Shown: positions 48,750 through 58,686, counted from the first letter of the stretch. The stretch: 64,000 nt of DNA from Candidatus Flavonifractor merdavium (GCA_019119335.1 DWXF01000036.1:29760-93759); one strand, 5' to 3'. The notes: generated by a model from the sequence alone, not told the origin. Translations and numbers: made by a program.

Positions 48750-49594
48750 AGGACCGCCACCCCCTCTTCACCTTCGCCGAAGCGGTTCATCACAGCCATC
48801 ATGACCAGCACAATCACCATCATCACCAGGGCGATGGCCGAGCCCAGGTGGGGATTGTAGGCGTTGCCCAAAAACTGCATCTCGATGAGGTCGCCCAGCA
48901 GCAGAGTCTTGCCGCCGCCCAGCAGGCGGGACAGGGCGAAGGTGGACACCGAGGGGATGAACACCATGGTCACCCCGGAGAGCACCCCCGGCAGGGACAG
49001 GGGGAAGATCACCTTGCGGAATACCATGGCTCCGTTGGCCCCCAGGTCCTGGGCGGCCTCCACCACCTTGGGGTCGATCTTGTCAATGACCGAGAAGATG
49101 GGCAGCACCATAAAGGGCAGGAAGTTGTACACCATGCCCAGCACAATGGCCCCCTGGGTGTTGATCATATGAATATACTGCAGATTGGTGCCAAAGATGC
49201 TGTTGATCAGGTTGAAAAAGCCGATGTCGGCCAAAAACTGGTTGATCAGGCCGTTGTCGTCCAGAATGGACATCCAGGCATAGGTCCGCAGCAGGAAGTT
49301 CATCCACATGGGCAGCATAATGAGCATCATAGCCACCTTGCGCACCATCAGGGACTCCCGGGACAGGAAGTAGGCCAGGGGGTAACCGATGAGAATGCAG
49401 ATCAGGGTGGCGGCGATGGCCAGCACGAAGGAGTGCTGAAAGGCGGGAATATAGGTGGCCATATTGCTGAAGTTGTCCAGGGTCAGTCCGCCCGCCTTGT
49501 CGGTAAAGGCAAAGACCACCACCAGAATCAGCGGCGCCACCACAAAAATCGCCATCCACACCACGTAGGGGGCGGCCAGCCACTTATTCTTCAT
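48746..49594 (-). CDS. potB: Spermidine/putrescine ABC permease
   Basis: [21 protein letters not shown] and EAAQDLGA. Confidence 0.92.
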   Translation of the reverse strand: MKNKWLAAPYVVWMAIFVVAPLILVVVFAFTDKAGGLTLDNFSNMATYIPAFQHSFVLAIAATLICILIGYPLAYFLSRESLMVRKVAMMLIMLPMWMNFLLRTYAWMSILDDNGLINQFLADIGFFNLINSIFGTNLQYIHMINTQGAIVLGMVYNFLPFMVLPIFSVIDKIDPKVVEAAQDLGANGAMVFRKVIFPLSLPGVLSGVTMVFIPSVSTFALSRLLGGGKTLLLGDLIEMQFLGNAYNPHLGSAIALVMMVIVLVMMAVMNRFGEGEEGVAVL

Positions 49595-50756
49595 CGCCGT
49601 CCTCCTCATCCTCCAACCGGTCCTCGTTGAGCTCGTCATACTCGGAGGAGTAGGAGCTGTAATCGCCGAAGGTGCCGGAGTACTGGCTCTTCTTCATGAT
49701 GTGGAAGCCGTCGGGGTCGATCTTCACCCCAATCTTTGCCCCCACAGGGGAGTAGTCCGTGGTCTGGATCAGCCACTTGAAGCCGCGGAAGTCCACGATA
49801 ATGTCATAGTGGATGCCCTTGAAGGTGACCTCGGTGACGGTGCCGGTGAGCTGGCCCTCCGCCTCGGGCACGATGTCGATGTCCTCCGGCCGGATGACTA
49901 CGTCCACCGGCTCGTTGGGGGCAAAGCCCTTGTCCAGACACTTGAATTTCCGGCCGTACATGCCCACCACGTAGTCCTCGTGCATCACGCCGTCGATGAT
50001 GTTGCTCTCGCCGATGAAGTCGGCCACGAAGGCGTTCTTGGGCTCGTTGTAGATGTCCTCGGGGGTGCCGATCTGCTGGATCTTGCCCTCGTTCATCACC
50101 ACGATGGTGTCGGACATGGTGAGGGCCTCCTCCTGGTCGTGGGTGACGTAGATGAAGGTGATGCCCACCTGCTGCTGGATCCGCTTGAGCTCGATCTGCA
50201 TGTCCTTGCGCAGTTTCAGGTCCAGAGCGCCCAGCGGCTCGTCCAGCAGCAGCACCTGGGGCCGGTTCACAATGGCCCGGGCAATGGCCACCCGCTGCTG
50301 CTGACCGCCGGAGAGGGAGTTGACCGACCGCTTGCCGTAGCCCGCCAGGTTCACCAGGGCCAGGGCCTCCTCCACCCGCTCCTTGATCTCGGACTCAGGA
50401 ACTTTGATCATCCGCTTGGGATCCTTGGGGTCGGGCACCTTGTTCACCCGCAGGCCGAAGGCCACATTCTCGAAAATGTTCATGTGGGTGAACAGAGCGT
50501 ACTTCTGAAAGACGGTGTTGACCTTCCGCTTATGGGGGGGAACGTCATTAATCCTCACGCCGTCAAAAAACACGTCGCCGGAGGTGGGCTTCTGAAAGCC
50601 GCCGATGATACGAAGCGTCGTGGTTTTGCCGCACCCGGAGGGACCGAGCAGCGTGAGGAACTCTTTATCGTTGATATAAAGGTTGATATGGTCCAGAATG
50701 ACGTCGTCGTCAAATTTCATGAAGCAATCCGACAGGCGGATCAGTTCCTTGGACAT
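49584..50756 (-). CDS. potA: Spermidine/putrescine ABC ATPase
   Basis: [29 protein letters not shown] and TOBE region; GGAGG RBS; promoter TTGACA-17-TATATT at 50834-50862. Confidence 0.94.
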   Translation of the reverse strand: MSKELIRLSDCFMKFDDDVILDHINLYINDKEFLTLLGPSGCGKTTTLRIIGGFQKPTSGDVFFDGVRINDVPPHKRKVNTVFQKYALFTHMNIFENVAFGLRVNKVPDPKDPKRMIKVPESEIKERVEEALALVNLAGYGKRSVNSLSGGQQQRVAIARAIVNRPQVLLLDEPLGALDLKLRKDMQIELKRIQQQVGITFIYVTHDQEEALTMSDTIVVMNEGKIQQIGTPEDIYNEPKNAFVADFIGESNIIDGVMHEDYVVGMYGRKFKCLDKGFAPNEPVDVVIRPEDIDIVPEAEGQLTGTVTEVTFKGIHYDIIVDFRGFKWLIQTTDYSPVGAKIGVKIDPDGFHIMKKSQYSGTFGDYSSYSSEYDELNEDRLEDEEDGDEE

Positions 50757-50890
50757 GTATCCTCCCCCATTTCTCAAAAGGTAGTAAAAGGCGTACCCAA
50801 ACCGGCGGTTGGGTACGCCCTATTGACGAAACAAATATATATGCTATTGCGAAAAATGTCAATAATAAAACCGTACTTTTTTCAGGGATT

Positions 50891-51085
50891 TTACGGGCGG
50901 GGATCACGGGGGACAGAGGGGAGCAGTTCATAGATGCGCTCTGACTGGGGCGGAGCGCCGCCGGCGGCCTGCCAGCCGGCGGAAAAGGCGATGCGTACCA
51001 TGGCGAACAGGGCGTTTTCCGCGTCGTCGTACTCGTGGCGATCCAGAAAGTCGGCGAAGCATTTTTCAAACTCATTGGAGTACAT
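50891..51085 (-). CDS. Small hypothetical protein (64 aa)
   Basis: GAGGTG RBS, plausible codon usage, AFSAGWQAAGG helix-like motif. Confidence 0.6.
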   Translation of the reverse strand: MYSNEFEKCFADFLDRHEYDDAENALFAMVRIAFSAGWQAAGGAPPQSERIYELLPSVPRDPRP

Positions 51086-51221
51086 ATCCATCACCTCAGA
51101 TTTTATAATAGCATATACAAAGTCGAAATACAATATAATAAGTTGTATATAGAATAAAGCAGTACCTAAGAAAGAAAAGCCTTCCCGTTTACACTGAGGA
51201 AAAACGGGAAGGCTGAACTGC

Positions 51222-51440
51222 ATGAAACATTATAAAACCATGGTTCAGATCGGACTGAACATCATGTATTATCGGAAACAACAGGGACTGACCCAGGAGC
51301 AGCTGGCCGAAATGGTGGGGATCACCCAGCAGCATCTCCAGCGGGTGGAGACCGCCCACTCTGTTCCCAGCCTGTCCAAGTTGCTGGATATCGCCGACGC
51401 TCTGGGCGTCCCCGTTCAGAAATTGTTTGACGCCCGGTGA
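51222..51440 (+). CDS. XRE-family HTH protein (72 aa)
   Basis: LTQEQLAEMVGIT...RVE...PSL..L..IADALGV; GGAAGG RBS. Confidence 0.85.
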   Translation: MKHYKTMVQIGLNIMYYRKQQGLTQEQLAEMVGITQQHLQRVETAHSVPSLSKLLDIADALGVPVQKLFDAR

Positions 51441-51448
51441 ATCCCTTT

Positions 51449-51604
51449 GGGGGAGGCGATGCCTCCGGCGGCCCACTTTCGACTGGCCGAAAGTGGGCAA
51501 AGGCCAATTAAGGCGGGGGATTCCGATTTCCCCCGCCTTAATAATCCACCCCTTAAAACGGCCAAGAGGGGGAACTGCGGTTCCCCCTCTTTGGAATCTC
51601 CCCC
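51449..51604 (+). repeat. Structured repeat element, copy 1 (four hairpins, possible pseudoknot)
   Basis: Hairpins GGAGGC/GCCTCC, GCCCACTTTC/GAAAGTGGGC, ATTAAGGCGGGGGA/TCCCCCGCCTTAAT and AGAGGGGGAAC/GTTCCCCCTCT; homologous to copy 2. Confidence 0.7.
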
Positions 51605-51628
51605 TTGGGTTGCGCGACCACCAGCCCC

Positions 51629-51778
51629 GGGGGGTACATCCAATAGGGGGGCCGCAGCCCCCCTGATTGGTCGTTTTAAGGAGGGGTGCAGGGGAGGGAA
51701 ATTGAAATCCCTCCCCTGCCGTCTTTTTCCCCCTTTTCGACGCCGAAAAGGGGGCGCCCGCCGCGCAGGCGCGCTTCC
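51629..51778 (-). repeat. Structured repeat element, copy 2 (inverted, diverged)
   Basis: Reverse complement shows the same hairpin order and the shared strings CCTTAAAACG(A/G)CCAA, GGATT(T/C)C(A/G)ATTTCCC, CTGCGG and TTGGA. Confidence 0.7.
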
Positions 51779-52737
51779 TATTCGGGAAAATACTCCTCCA
51801 CAAAGTCCACCTTTTCCACGGTGAACACCCTGCCCCGCAGATACTCCAGAATACCCGCGTCGGTGGGAAAGGTGAACTCCAGCTTGTAGGAGTACAGGGC
51901 CTGGAAGGAGCGGCCGTACTGCTTGTTGTCCCGCTCCCGGCCATACTTGCCGTCCCCCAGCAGAGGGTGACCGGCGGCGGCGAACTGGGCCCGGATCTGA
52001 TGGGTGCGGCCGGTCAGAAGCTCACACTCCACCAGGGACAGCCCCCGGTTGACCGTCAGCGTTTGATATAAGGTAGCGGCGCTCTTGCCGCCGGGCACCG
52101 GCTTGCGGAACACCTTCACCTGGGCCTTGTCCTCATCCTTGAGGAGGAACCCCTCCAGCTTGCCCTGGGGAGGCGTCATCTTCCCGTGGATGATGGCCAG
52201 GTAATATTTGGCGATCTCCCGGTCCCGGATCTTCTGGTTGAGGATCCGCAGGGTCTCGGCGTTCTTGGCCGCCATGACGATCCCCCCGGTGTTCCGGTCG
52301 ATGCGGTTGCACAGGGCGGGGGTGAAGGAGTGCTCGTCTCTGGGGTTCCACTCCTTTTTCTGATAGAGGTAGGCCTGGATGTGGGTGATGAGGGTGTTCA
52401 CCTTCTCGTGCTCGTCGGCGTGGCACAGCAGGCCGGGACGCTTGTTGAGCAGCATCAGGTTTTCGTCCTCGTAGACGATATCCAGCCTGGGCTTGAACAC
52501 CGCCAGAAAGGCGTTGTCCTCCCGGGGCTGGTCAAAAAACTCGTCGTTGATGTACAGCTGCAAAAGGTCCCCCACCTGGAGCCGCACGTCCCGCTGGGAG
52601 CCCTTGCCGTTGACCTTCACCCGTTTGAGGCGGATGTACTTCTGGGCCAGAGGGCCGGGGAGCAGAGGCAGGGTCTTGGCCAGCCAGCGGTCCAGCCGCT
52701 GCCCGGCGTCGTTTTTGCCGATGGTAAATTCCTTCAT
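51778..52737 (-). CDS. RluA-family pseudouridine synthase with S4 domain (RluC/D-like)
   Basis: QRLDRWL S4 domain, NRIDRNTGG catalytic Asp, TGRTHQIR and GDGKYG. Confidence 0.92.
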   Translation of the reverse strand: MKEFTIGKNDAGQRLDRWLAKTLPLLPGPLAQKYIRLKRVKVNGKGSQRDVRLQVGDLLQLYINDEFFDQPREDNAFLAVFKPRLDIVYEDENLMLLNKRPGLLCHADEHEKVNTLITHIQAYLYQKKEWNPRDEHSFTPALCNRIDRNTGGIVMAAKNAETLRILNQKIRDREIAKYYLAIIHGKMTPPQGKLEGFLLKDEDKAQVKVFRKPVPGGKSAATLYQTLTVNRGLSLVECELLTGRTHQIRAQFAAAGHPLLGDGKYGRERDNKQYGRSFQALYSYKLEFTFPTDAGILEYLRGRVFTVEKVDFVEEYFPE

Positions 52738-52819
52738 GGGCAATTCTCCTGAAAAACCGGCGGTGGGCCGGGATGGTAGCGGTATTATATCATAAATTAC
52801 GGAAAAAGTGAAAAAGTAT

Positions 52820-52848
52820 TTGACAAGGGCGGCGATTTTCAGTATAAT
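52820..52848 (+). promoter_or_regulatory. Consensus sigma-A promoter of yceD-rpmF
   Basis: TTGACA-17nt-TATAAT. Confidence 0.85.
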
Positions 52849-52877
52849 GTCTGCTGTGCCATTGTGTGAGGTGTATC

Positions 52878-53381
52878 ATGAGACTTGATCTCCGGTCTAT
52901 CATCCATGTCCCCGGCGCGTCCCTGCCGTTCCAGTTTGAACTGGACCTGTCCCAGCTGGACTTTTATGGGGAAAAGCCCTTTGCCCACCCTGTCCGCGTC
53001 AGCGGTACGGTGCGCAATATGGCCGACGCCCTGCTGCTGGAGGGAACGGCGGAGACCACCCTGGAGCTGGTGTGCGACCGCTGCCTGAAGCCTTTTTCTC
53101 AGGCGCTGAGCCTGCCGGTGAGCACCCTGCTGGCGGAGGAGCTGGAGGACGAGGAGAACGACGAGATCGTGCTGCTGGAAAACGGCCATGCCGATCTGGA
53201 GGAGCTCTTCACCACCGCGCTGGTGTTGTCTATGGACGCCAAGCACGTCTGTTCGGCGGACTGCAAGGGGCTGTGTCCCACCTGCGGCGCCGACCTGAAC
53301 AACGGCCCCTGCAACTGCGGGAAAGAGATCGATCCACGTTTGGCTGTACTTGCGCAGCTGTTGGATAAAGAGAATGAGTAA
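52878..53381 (+). CDS. yceD: YceD/DUF177 large ribosomal subunit accumulation protein
   Basis: CDRCL, CSADCKGLCPTCG and DPRLAVL; upstream of rpmF. Confidence 0.9.
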   Translation: MRLDLRSIIHVPGASLPFQFELDLSQLDFYGEKPFAHPVRVSGTVRNMADALLLEGTAETTLELVCDRCLKPFSQALSLPVSTLLAEELEDEENDEIVLLENGHADLEELFTTALVLSMDAKHVCSADCKGLCPTCGADLNNGPCNCGKEIDPRLAVLAQLLDKENE

Positions 53382-53422
53382 GTTTTGCCCGGCCAGGGCA
53401 TGAACCTAAGGAGGTGTCATGA

Positions 53423-53620
53423 ATGGCAGTCCCTAAGAGTAAAGTGTCCAAGCAGCGCCGGAATAAGCGCCGCAGCTCCGTTTGGAAGCTGGAGACTCCC
53501 GGCGTCACCACCTGCCCCAAGTGCGGTGCGTTCCGCCTGCCCCACCGGATGTGCAAGAACTGCATGACCTACAAGGGCCATGAGTTCGGCAAGGTGGAGA
53601 CCACCGCTGAGGCGAAGTAA
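53423..53620 (+). CDS. rpmF: 50S ribosomal protein L32
   Basis: MAVPKSKVSKQRRNKRR, CPKC...PHRMCKNC. Confidence 0.97.
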   Translation: MAVPKSKVSKQRRNKRRSSVWKLETPGVTTCPKCGAFRLPHRMCKNCMTYKGHEFGKVETTAEAK

Positions 53621-53720
53621 ATAGCCGAAAAGAACGAGGGGAGACAAGCCCCTCTTTCTTTTTGCCCAAAAGTAGGGTACAATATAAAGAAATGACCCGT
53701 CGGAAAAGGAGCCCTCGACC

Positions 53721-55088
53721 ATGAGCCTGACAAAAATTGCATCGGTGGACCCGGGCAGCCCGGCGGCCCGGGCGGGCCTGCGGCCGGGGGAGACCCTGAC
53801 CCACATCAGCGGCCACCCCATTGTGGACGTGCTGGACTATAAATTTTACGCCTACGACCCCCGGCTGGAGCTCACCCTCACCGGCCCCGACGGCGGCAGC
53901 CGCACCGTCCGGGTGCGGAAGGGGGAGGGGGAGGACCTGGGACTGAATTTTGAGACCTATCTGATGGACAAGGCCCGCTCCTGCGCCAACCGCTGTATCT
54001 TCTGCTTTGTGGATCAGATGCCGCCAGGGATGCGGGATACCCTCTATTTCAAGGACGATGACGCCCGCCTGTCCTTTTTGATGGGAAATTATATTACCCT
54101 GACGAATCTTTCCAAGAGAGAAATACAGAGAGTAATTGATTTGCGCATCAGTCCCATCAACATTTCGGTCCACGCCACCGACCCTGAGCTGCGTACCGCC
54201 ATGCTGAAAAACCGCCGGGCGGGGGAGTGCCTGGAGATCATGACCCGGTTCGCCGGGGCGGGGATCCGGATGAACTGCCAGGTGGTGGCCTGTCCCGGCG
54301 TCAACGACGGTCCGGCCCTGGACCGCACCCTGCGGGAGCTGAGCGAGCTGCACCCGGCGGTGACCAGCGTGGCGGTGGTGCCGGTGGGGGTGACCAGATT
54401 CCGGGAGGGGCTGTGCCGGATTGCGCCCTATACGAAAGAGCAGGCCGCCGCTCTCATCGACCAGGTGGAGGCCTTTGCCGCCGCCTTCCTGAAACAGCAC
54501 GGCACCAGCCTGGCCTGGTGCTCCGACGAGTTTTATCTGCTGGCCGGGCGGGCGCTGCCGGAGAAGGGCTATTATGAGGACATGGCCCAGCTGGAAAACG
54601 GCGTGGGGATGCTGCGCCTGCTGACCAGTCAGGCGGAGCTGGGCCTGGAGGGTGAGACGCCGGAGGACGATGCCCCTTTTTCCATTGCCACCGGAGTGTC
54701 CGCCGCCCCCTTTGTGCAGGAAATTGTTGACATGGCCCGGAAACAATGTGGTAATATAAAAGGAACGGTCTATCCCATTGCCAACCGCTTTTTTGGGGAG
54801 ACCATCACGGTGTCCGGACTCATTACCGGCGCCGATCTGCTGGAGCAGCTGCGGGGCAAGGACCTGGGCCGGCGGCTGCTGCTCCCGGACAATATGCTTC
54901 GGGCGGGAGAACGGGTGTTTTTGGACGACGTGACGGTGGAGCAGCTGGAGGAGGCTCTGGGGGTAACCGTAGTCCCCGTGCCCGCCGACAGCGGCTTCGA
55001 CCTGGCCGATGCCATCCTGGGCCGGGAAGTGGTCCGGGACTGTCCCCAGCTGCCGCCGGAGGCGGAATACTACCGCTACAACCCCTGA
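53721..55088 (+). CDS. PDZ + radical SAM-like DUF512 protein
   Basis: SPAARAGL PDZ, CANRCIFC (CxxxCxxC), YFKDDD and QLENGVG. Confidence 0.88.
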   Translation: MSLTKIASVDPGSPAARAGLRPGETLTHISGHPIVDVLDYKFYAYDPRLELTLTGPDGGSRTVRVRKGEGEDLGLNFETYLMDKARSCANRCIFCFVDQMPPGMRDTLYFKDDDARLSFLMGNYITLTNLSKREIQRVIDLRISPINISVHATDPELRTAMLKNRRAGECLEIMTRFAGAGIRMNCQVVACPGVNDGPALDRTLRELSELHPAVTSVAVVPVGVTRFREGLCRIAPYTKEQAAALIDQVEAFAAAFLKQHGTSLAWCSDEFYLLAGRALPEKGYYEDMAQLENGVGMLRLLTSQAELGLEGETPEDDAPFSIATGVSAAPFVQEIVDMARKQCGNIKGTVYPIANRFFGETITVSGLITGADLLEQLRGKDLGRRLLLPDNMLRAGERVFLDDVTVEQLEEALGVTVVPVPADSGFDLADAILGREVVRDCPQLPPEAEYYRYNP

Positions 55089-55110
55089 GAGAAAGGGAGG
55101 AAGTGATCCT

Positions 55111-56436
55111 ATGAAGCCTTTAATCGCCATCGTGGGCCGGCCCAACGTGGGCAAGTCCATGCTGTTCAATAAGCTGGTGGGCCAGCGGCTGTCCATCGTG
55201 GAGGACACCCCGGGCGTTACCCGGGACCGGCTGTACGCCGAGGCGGAGTGGCTGGGCCGGAAATTCGACCTGGTGGACACCGGCGGCATTGAGCCGGGCA
55301 CCGACAGCGAAATTCTGGCCTTTATGCGCCAGCAGGCGGAGATCGCCATTCAGAACGCCACTGTCATCATTTTCCTGTGCGACATCAAGACCGGCCTTAC
55401 CGCCTCCGACCAGGAGGTGGCCAACATGCTGCTGCGCTCCGGCAAGCCGGTGGTGCTGGCGGTAAACAAAATGGACCAGGTGGGCCACACCAACCCGGAT
55501 ATCTATGAGTTCTACAATCTGGGCCTGGGGGACCCCATCGCCGTCTCCGCCGTCCACGGCCACGGCACCGGCGACTTGCTGGACGAGTGTTTTAAGTACT
55601 TCCCCCCGGAGGACCAGGAGGAGGAGGACGAGGACGTTATCAAGGTGGCCATCATCGGCAAGCCCAACGTGGGCAAGTCCTCCCTGGTGAACCGGATTTT
55701 GGGGGAGCAGCGGGTGATCGTCAGCGACATGGCGGGCACCACCCGGGACGCGGTGGACAGCTACTTTGAAAACAAGAAGGGCAAGTATCTGCTCATCGAC
55801 ACCGCCGGTATGCGGAAAAAGTCCAAGGTGGACGACCCTATTGAGAAGTTTTCCGTCCTCCGGGCCACCATGGCCATCGAGCGGGCCGACGTGTGCCTCA
55901 TCATGATCGACGCGGGCGAGGGGGTCACCGAGCAGGACACCAAGGTGGCCGGCCTGGCCCATGAGGCGGGCAAGGCCTGCATCATCGTGGTCAACAAGTG
56001 GGACTCCATCGAGAAGGACGACAAGACCATGGACAAGATGCGGCAGGACGTCCGCCGGGACCTCTCCTATATGACCTATGCCCCCATCCTGTTCATTTCC
56101 GCCCTGACGGGCCAGCGGGTGGACCGGCTGTTCGACCTGATCAACTACGTGGTGGATCAGGCCTCCCTGCGCATCACCACCGGCATGCTCAACTCGGTGC
56201 TGGCCGACGCCACCGCCCGGGTCCAGCCTCCCACCGACAAGGGCAGGCGGCTGAAGATCTACTATATGACTCAGATCGGCGTCAAGCCCCCCCACTTCGT
56301 CTGCTTCTGCAACGACGCCAAGCTCTTCCACTTCTCCTATCAGCGCTATCTGGAAAATCAGATCCGTTCCACCTTCGGACTGGAGGGCACCCCCGTGCGC
56401 CTCACCATCCGGCAAAAGAGTGATAAGGAGGGCTGA
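55111..56436 (+). CDS. der: Ribosome biogenesis GTPase Der
   Basis: Two G domains (GRPNVGKS, GKPNVGKS) and a KH-like C-terminus. Confidence 0.97.
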   Translation: MKPLIAIVGRPNVGKSMLFNKLVGQRLSIVEDTPGVTRDRLYAEAEWLGRKFDLVDTGGIEPGTDSEILAFMRQQAEIAIQNATVIIFLCDIKTGLTASDQEVANMLLRSGKPVVLAVNKMDQVGHTNPDIYEFYNLGLGDPIAVSAVHGHGTGDLLDECFKYFPPEDQEEEDEDVIKVAIIGKPNVGKSSLVNRILGEQRVIVSDMAGTTRDAVDSYFENKKGKYLLIDTAGMRKKSKVDDPIEKFSVLRATMAIERADVCLIMIDAGEGVTEQDTKVAGLAHEAGKACIIVVNKWDSIEKDDKTMDKMRQDVRRDLSYMTYAPILFISALTGQRVDRLFDLINYVVDQASLRITTGMLNSVLADATARVQPPTDKGRRLKIYYMTQIGVKPPHFVCFCNDAKLFHFSYQRYLENQIRSTFGLEGTPVRLTIRQKSDKEG

Positions 56437-56438
56437 CC

Positions 56439-57134
56439 ATGCCGGTGAATATGCCCCAGGGCGTCTCCCCGGGCGCCATCGCCGCCATTCTGGCTGTGAC
56501 GGCGGTATTTGCCTATTTCTGCGGCTGCTTCAACGGAGCGGTCATCGTCTCCAAGTATATCCTGCGGGACGACGTGCGCAAGCACGGCAGCGGCAACGCG
56601 GGCCTGACCAATTTCCACCGCACCTTCGGCGGGCCCTTGACCTTTGTGGTCATCCTCACCGACGTGCTCAAGGCGGTGGTGGCCATTCTGGTGGCAGGAT
56701 GGCTCTTCGGCGGGGTGGCGGTCTATGACGGCTGGGCGCCCCTCTGGCCGGTACTGGCCAAGTACTGGGCGGGCACCTTCTGTCTGCTGGGCCATATGTT
56801 CCCCTGCATGTTCCACTTCAAGGGCGGCAAGGGGATCCTCTCCGGCGGCACCATCGCCATCATGATCGACTGGCGGGTGGCCCTGGTGGTGTGGGGCGGC
56901 TTTCTGGTGCTGGCGATCCTCACCAAATGGGTCTCCCTGGGCTCCATCTGGGCTGGGGCGTCCTTCCCTTTTGCCACCTGGTTTGTGTACCATAACTGGC
57001 TGCTGCTGGCGCTGGCTATCTTCCTGGGCGGGCTGATCGTGTGGAAGCACCGGGGCAATCTGAAGCGTATTCTCAGCGGCACCGAATCCAAATTCAGCCT
57101 GCACCACAAAACGGATGGAGGAAAGCAAGCATGA
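56439..57134 (+). CDS. plsY: Glycerol-3-phosphate acyltransferase PlsY
   Basis: GSGNAGLTN, GHMFP, FKGGKG and KHRGNLKRI motifs. Confidence 0.93.
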   Translation: MPVNMPQGVSPGAIAAILAVTAVFAYFCGCFNGAVIVSKYILRDDVRKHGSGNAGLTNFHRTFGGPLTFVVILTDVLKAVVAILVAGWLFGGVAVYDGWAPLWPVLAKYWAGTFCLLGHMFPCMFHFKGGKGILSGGTIAIMIDWRVALVVWGGFLVLAILTKWVSLGSIWAGASFPFATWFVYHNWLLLALAIFLGGLIVWKHRGNLKRILSGTESKFSLHHKTDGGKQA

Positions 57135-58132
57135 AGATCTCTGTCATGGGCAGCGGCGGCTGGGGCACCGCTTTGGCCCTGGTCCTGCTGGAAAACGGCC
57201 ACGACGTGACCCTGTGGTCCTATACCGAGGCGGAGTCCGCCGTGCTGAAGGAGCAGAAGGAAAACCCCATGCTGAAGGGGGTCCCCCTGCCGGAGGGCCT
57301 GAAGCTTACCTCCGACAGCGGCTGCGTCAAGGGCTGCGGCGCGGTGGTGCTGGCTACCCCTTCCTTTGCCGTGCGGGCCACCGCCAGGACGCTGGCTCCT
57401 CTGCTGGAGCCGGGAACGGTGCTGGTATCGGTGTCCAAGGGTATTGAGAAGGACACCTCTCTCACCCTCACCGAGGCTATTGCCCAGGAGGTGGGGGAGC
57501 GCTGCCCCATTGTGGCGCTGTCCGGCCCCTCCCACGCCGAGGAGGTGGGGCGGCAGATTCCCACGGCGGTGGTGTCCGCCTCCAAGGACCGCTCCGCCGC
57601 CGAGCTGGTCCAGGACCTGTTTATGAACGAGCGGTTCCGGGTGTACGCCTCCGACGACGTGGTGGGGGTGGAACTGGGCGCCGCGCTGAAGAACGTTATC
57701 GCCCTGTGCGCCGGCGTGTGCGACGGCATGGGCTTTGGGGACAACACCAAGGCCGCTCTGATGACCCGCGGTCTCACCGAAATTGCCCGGTTGGGGGTGG
57801 CTATGGGGGGACGGCGGGAGACCTTTGCCGGACTCACCGGTGTGGGGGATCTGATCGTCACCTGTACCTCCATGCACTCCCGTAACCGCCGCTGCGGGAT
57901 CCTGATCGGGAAAGGGGTACCTGCCCAGCAGGCAGTGCAGGAGATCGGCGCGGTGGTGGAGGGCTACTACGCCGCCGCTACCGCCAGGGCTCTGGCCCAG
58001 AAGGTGGGGGTGGAAATGCCCATTACTGAGGCGGCCTATCAGGTGCTCTACCACGGCAAGGACCCCCAGACGGTGATTGTGGAGCTGATGACCCGGGAAC
58101 GCAAGCACGAGCTGGAAGACAGCTGGGTTTAA
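57131..58132 (+). CDS. gpsA: NAD(P)H-dependent glycerol-3-phosphate dehydrogenase
   Basis: GSGGWGTAL, SGPSHAEE, ALKNVIA and GDLIVTCTSMHSRN. Confidence 0.96.
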   Translation: MKISVMGSGGWGTALALVLLENGHDVTLWSYTEAESAVLKEQKENPMLKGVPLPEGLKLTSDSGCVKGCGAVVLATPSFAVRATARTLAPLLEPGTVLVSVSKGIEKDTSLTLTEAIAQEVGERCPIVALSGPSHAEEVGRQIPTAVVSASKDRSAAELVQDLFMNERFRVYASDDVVGVELGAALKNVIALCAGVCDGMGFGDNTKAALMTRGLTEIARLGVAMGGRRETFAGLTGVGDLIVTCTSMHSRNRRCGILIGKGVPAQQAVQEIGAVVEGYYAAATARALAQKVGVEMPITEAAYQVLYHGKDPQTVIVELMTRERKHELEDSWV

Positions 58133-58221
58133 AAATTTCAAAAGAAAATTGAAAAAAGGGCTTGCAATTCCGGATAAGCTGTGGTAATATAATCAAGCCG
58201 TCTGAAACAGGGCGGCGATTT

Positions 58222-58298
58222 CCGGGTGTGGCGAAGTTTGGTATCGCGCTTGAATGGGGTTCAAGAGGCCGCTGGTTCGAATCCAGTCACTCGGACCA
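58222..58298 (+). tRNA. tRNA-Pro (GGG)
   Basis: Cloverleaf: acceptor CCGGGTG/CACTCGG, anticodon arm CTTGA-ATGGGGT-TCAAG, T-loop GGTTCGAATCC, encoded CCA; promoter TTGCAA-17-TAATAT at 58162-58190. Confidence 0.96.
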
Positions 58299-58330
58299 AA
58301 AGAGGGTCAGCTGAAAGGCTGACCCTTTTT
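58299..58330 (+). terminator. Terminator after the tRNA
   Basis: AGAGGGTCAGCT-GAA-AGGCTGACCCTTTTT region; stem GGGTCAGC/GCTGACCC plus T-run. Confidence 0.75.
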
Positions 58331-58358
58331 GTTTTTGGAATTGAAAGAAAAATTAACA

Positions 58359-58415
58359 GAAAAAGCAGCGCCCCCTCCGGCGGCCTCAGGCCGCCGGAGG
58401 GGGCGCTGCTTTTTC
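58359..58415. repeat. Perfect 27-bp inverted repeat
   Basis: GAAAAAGCAGCGCCCCCTCCGGCGGCC-TCA-GGCCGCCGGAGGGGGCGCTGCTTTTTC. Confidence 0.9.
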
Positions 58416-58686
58416 CCGCCAGATGCGGATATAGACGTTGGATTATAGATTTTGGCAAATCTGTCAGTTAAAAATGGAAGTAACAGGGCAAAAAAGCACC
58501 TTGAAAACGGCTGGGTACAGTGATATGGTACAAGCGTAAACTGCCTTGCTATCTGCGGAAGTTTTGTTATAATAAGAAATAAAACTATCCGCTAGTATGC
58601 AAGGCGTTTTTTTGAGCGTTCCTTTGCGCTTTGGAGCCTGGAGAAATGCCCGACTTGCAAAATAGCGTGCGGTGGGGAGTCGTGTA

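Noticed and set aside
58416-58686. Cobalamin riboswitch controlling the PocR-type regulator, as in Listeria
   Set aside because: No B12-box or GCCACTG-type conserved elements seen on either strand here or upstream of pduA.
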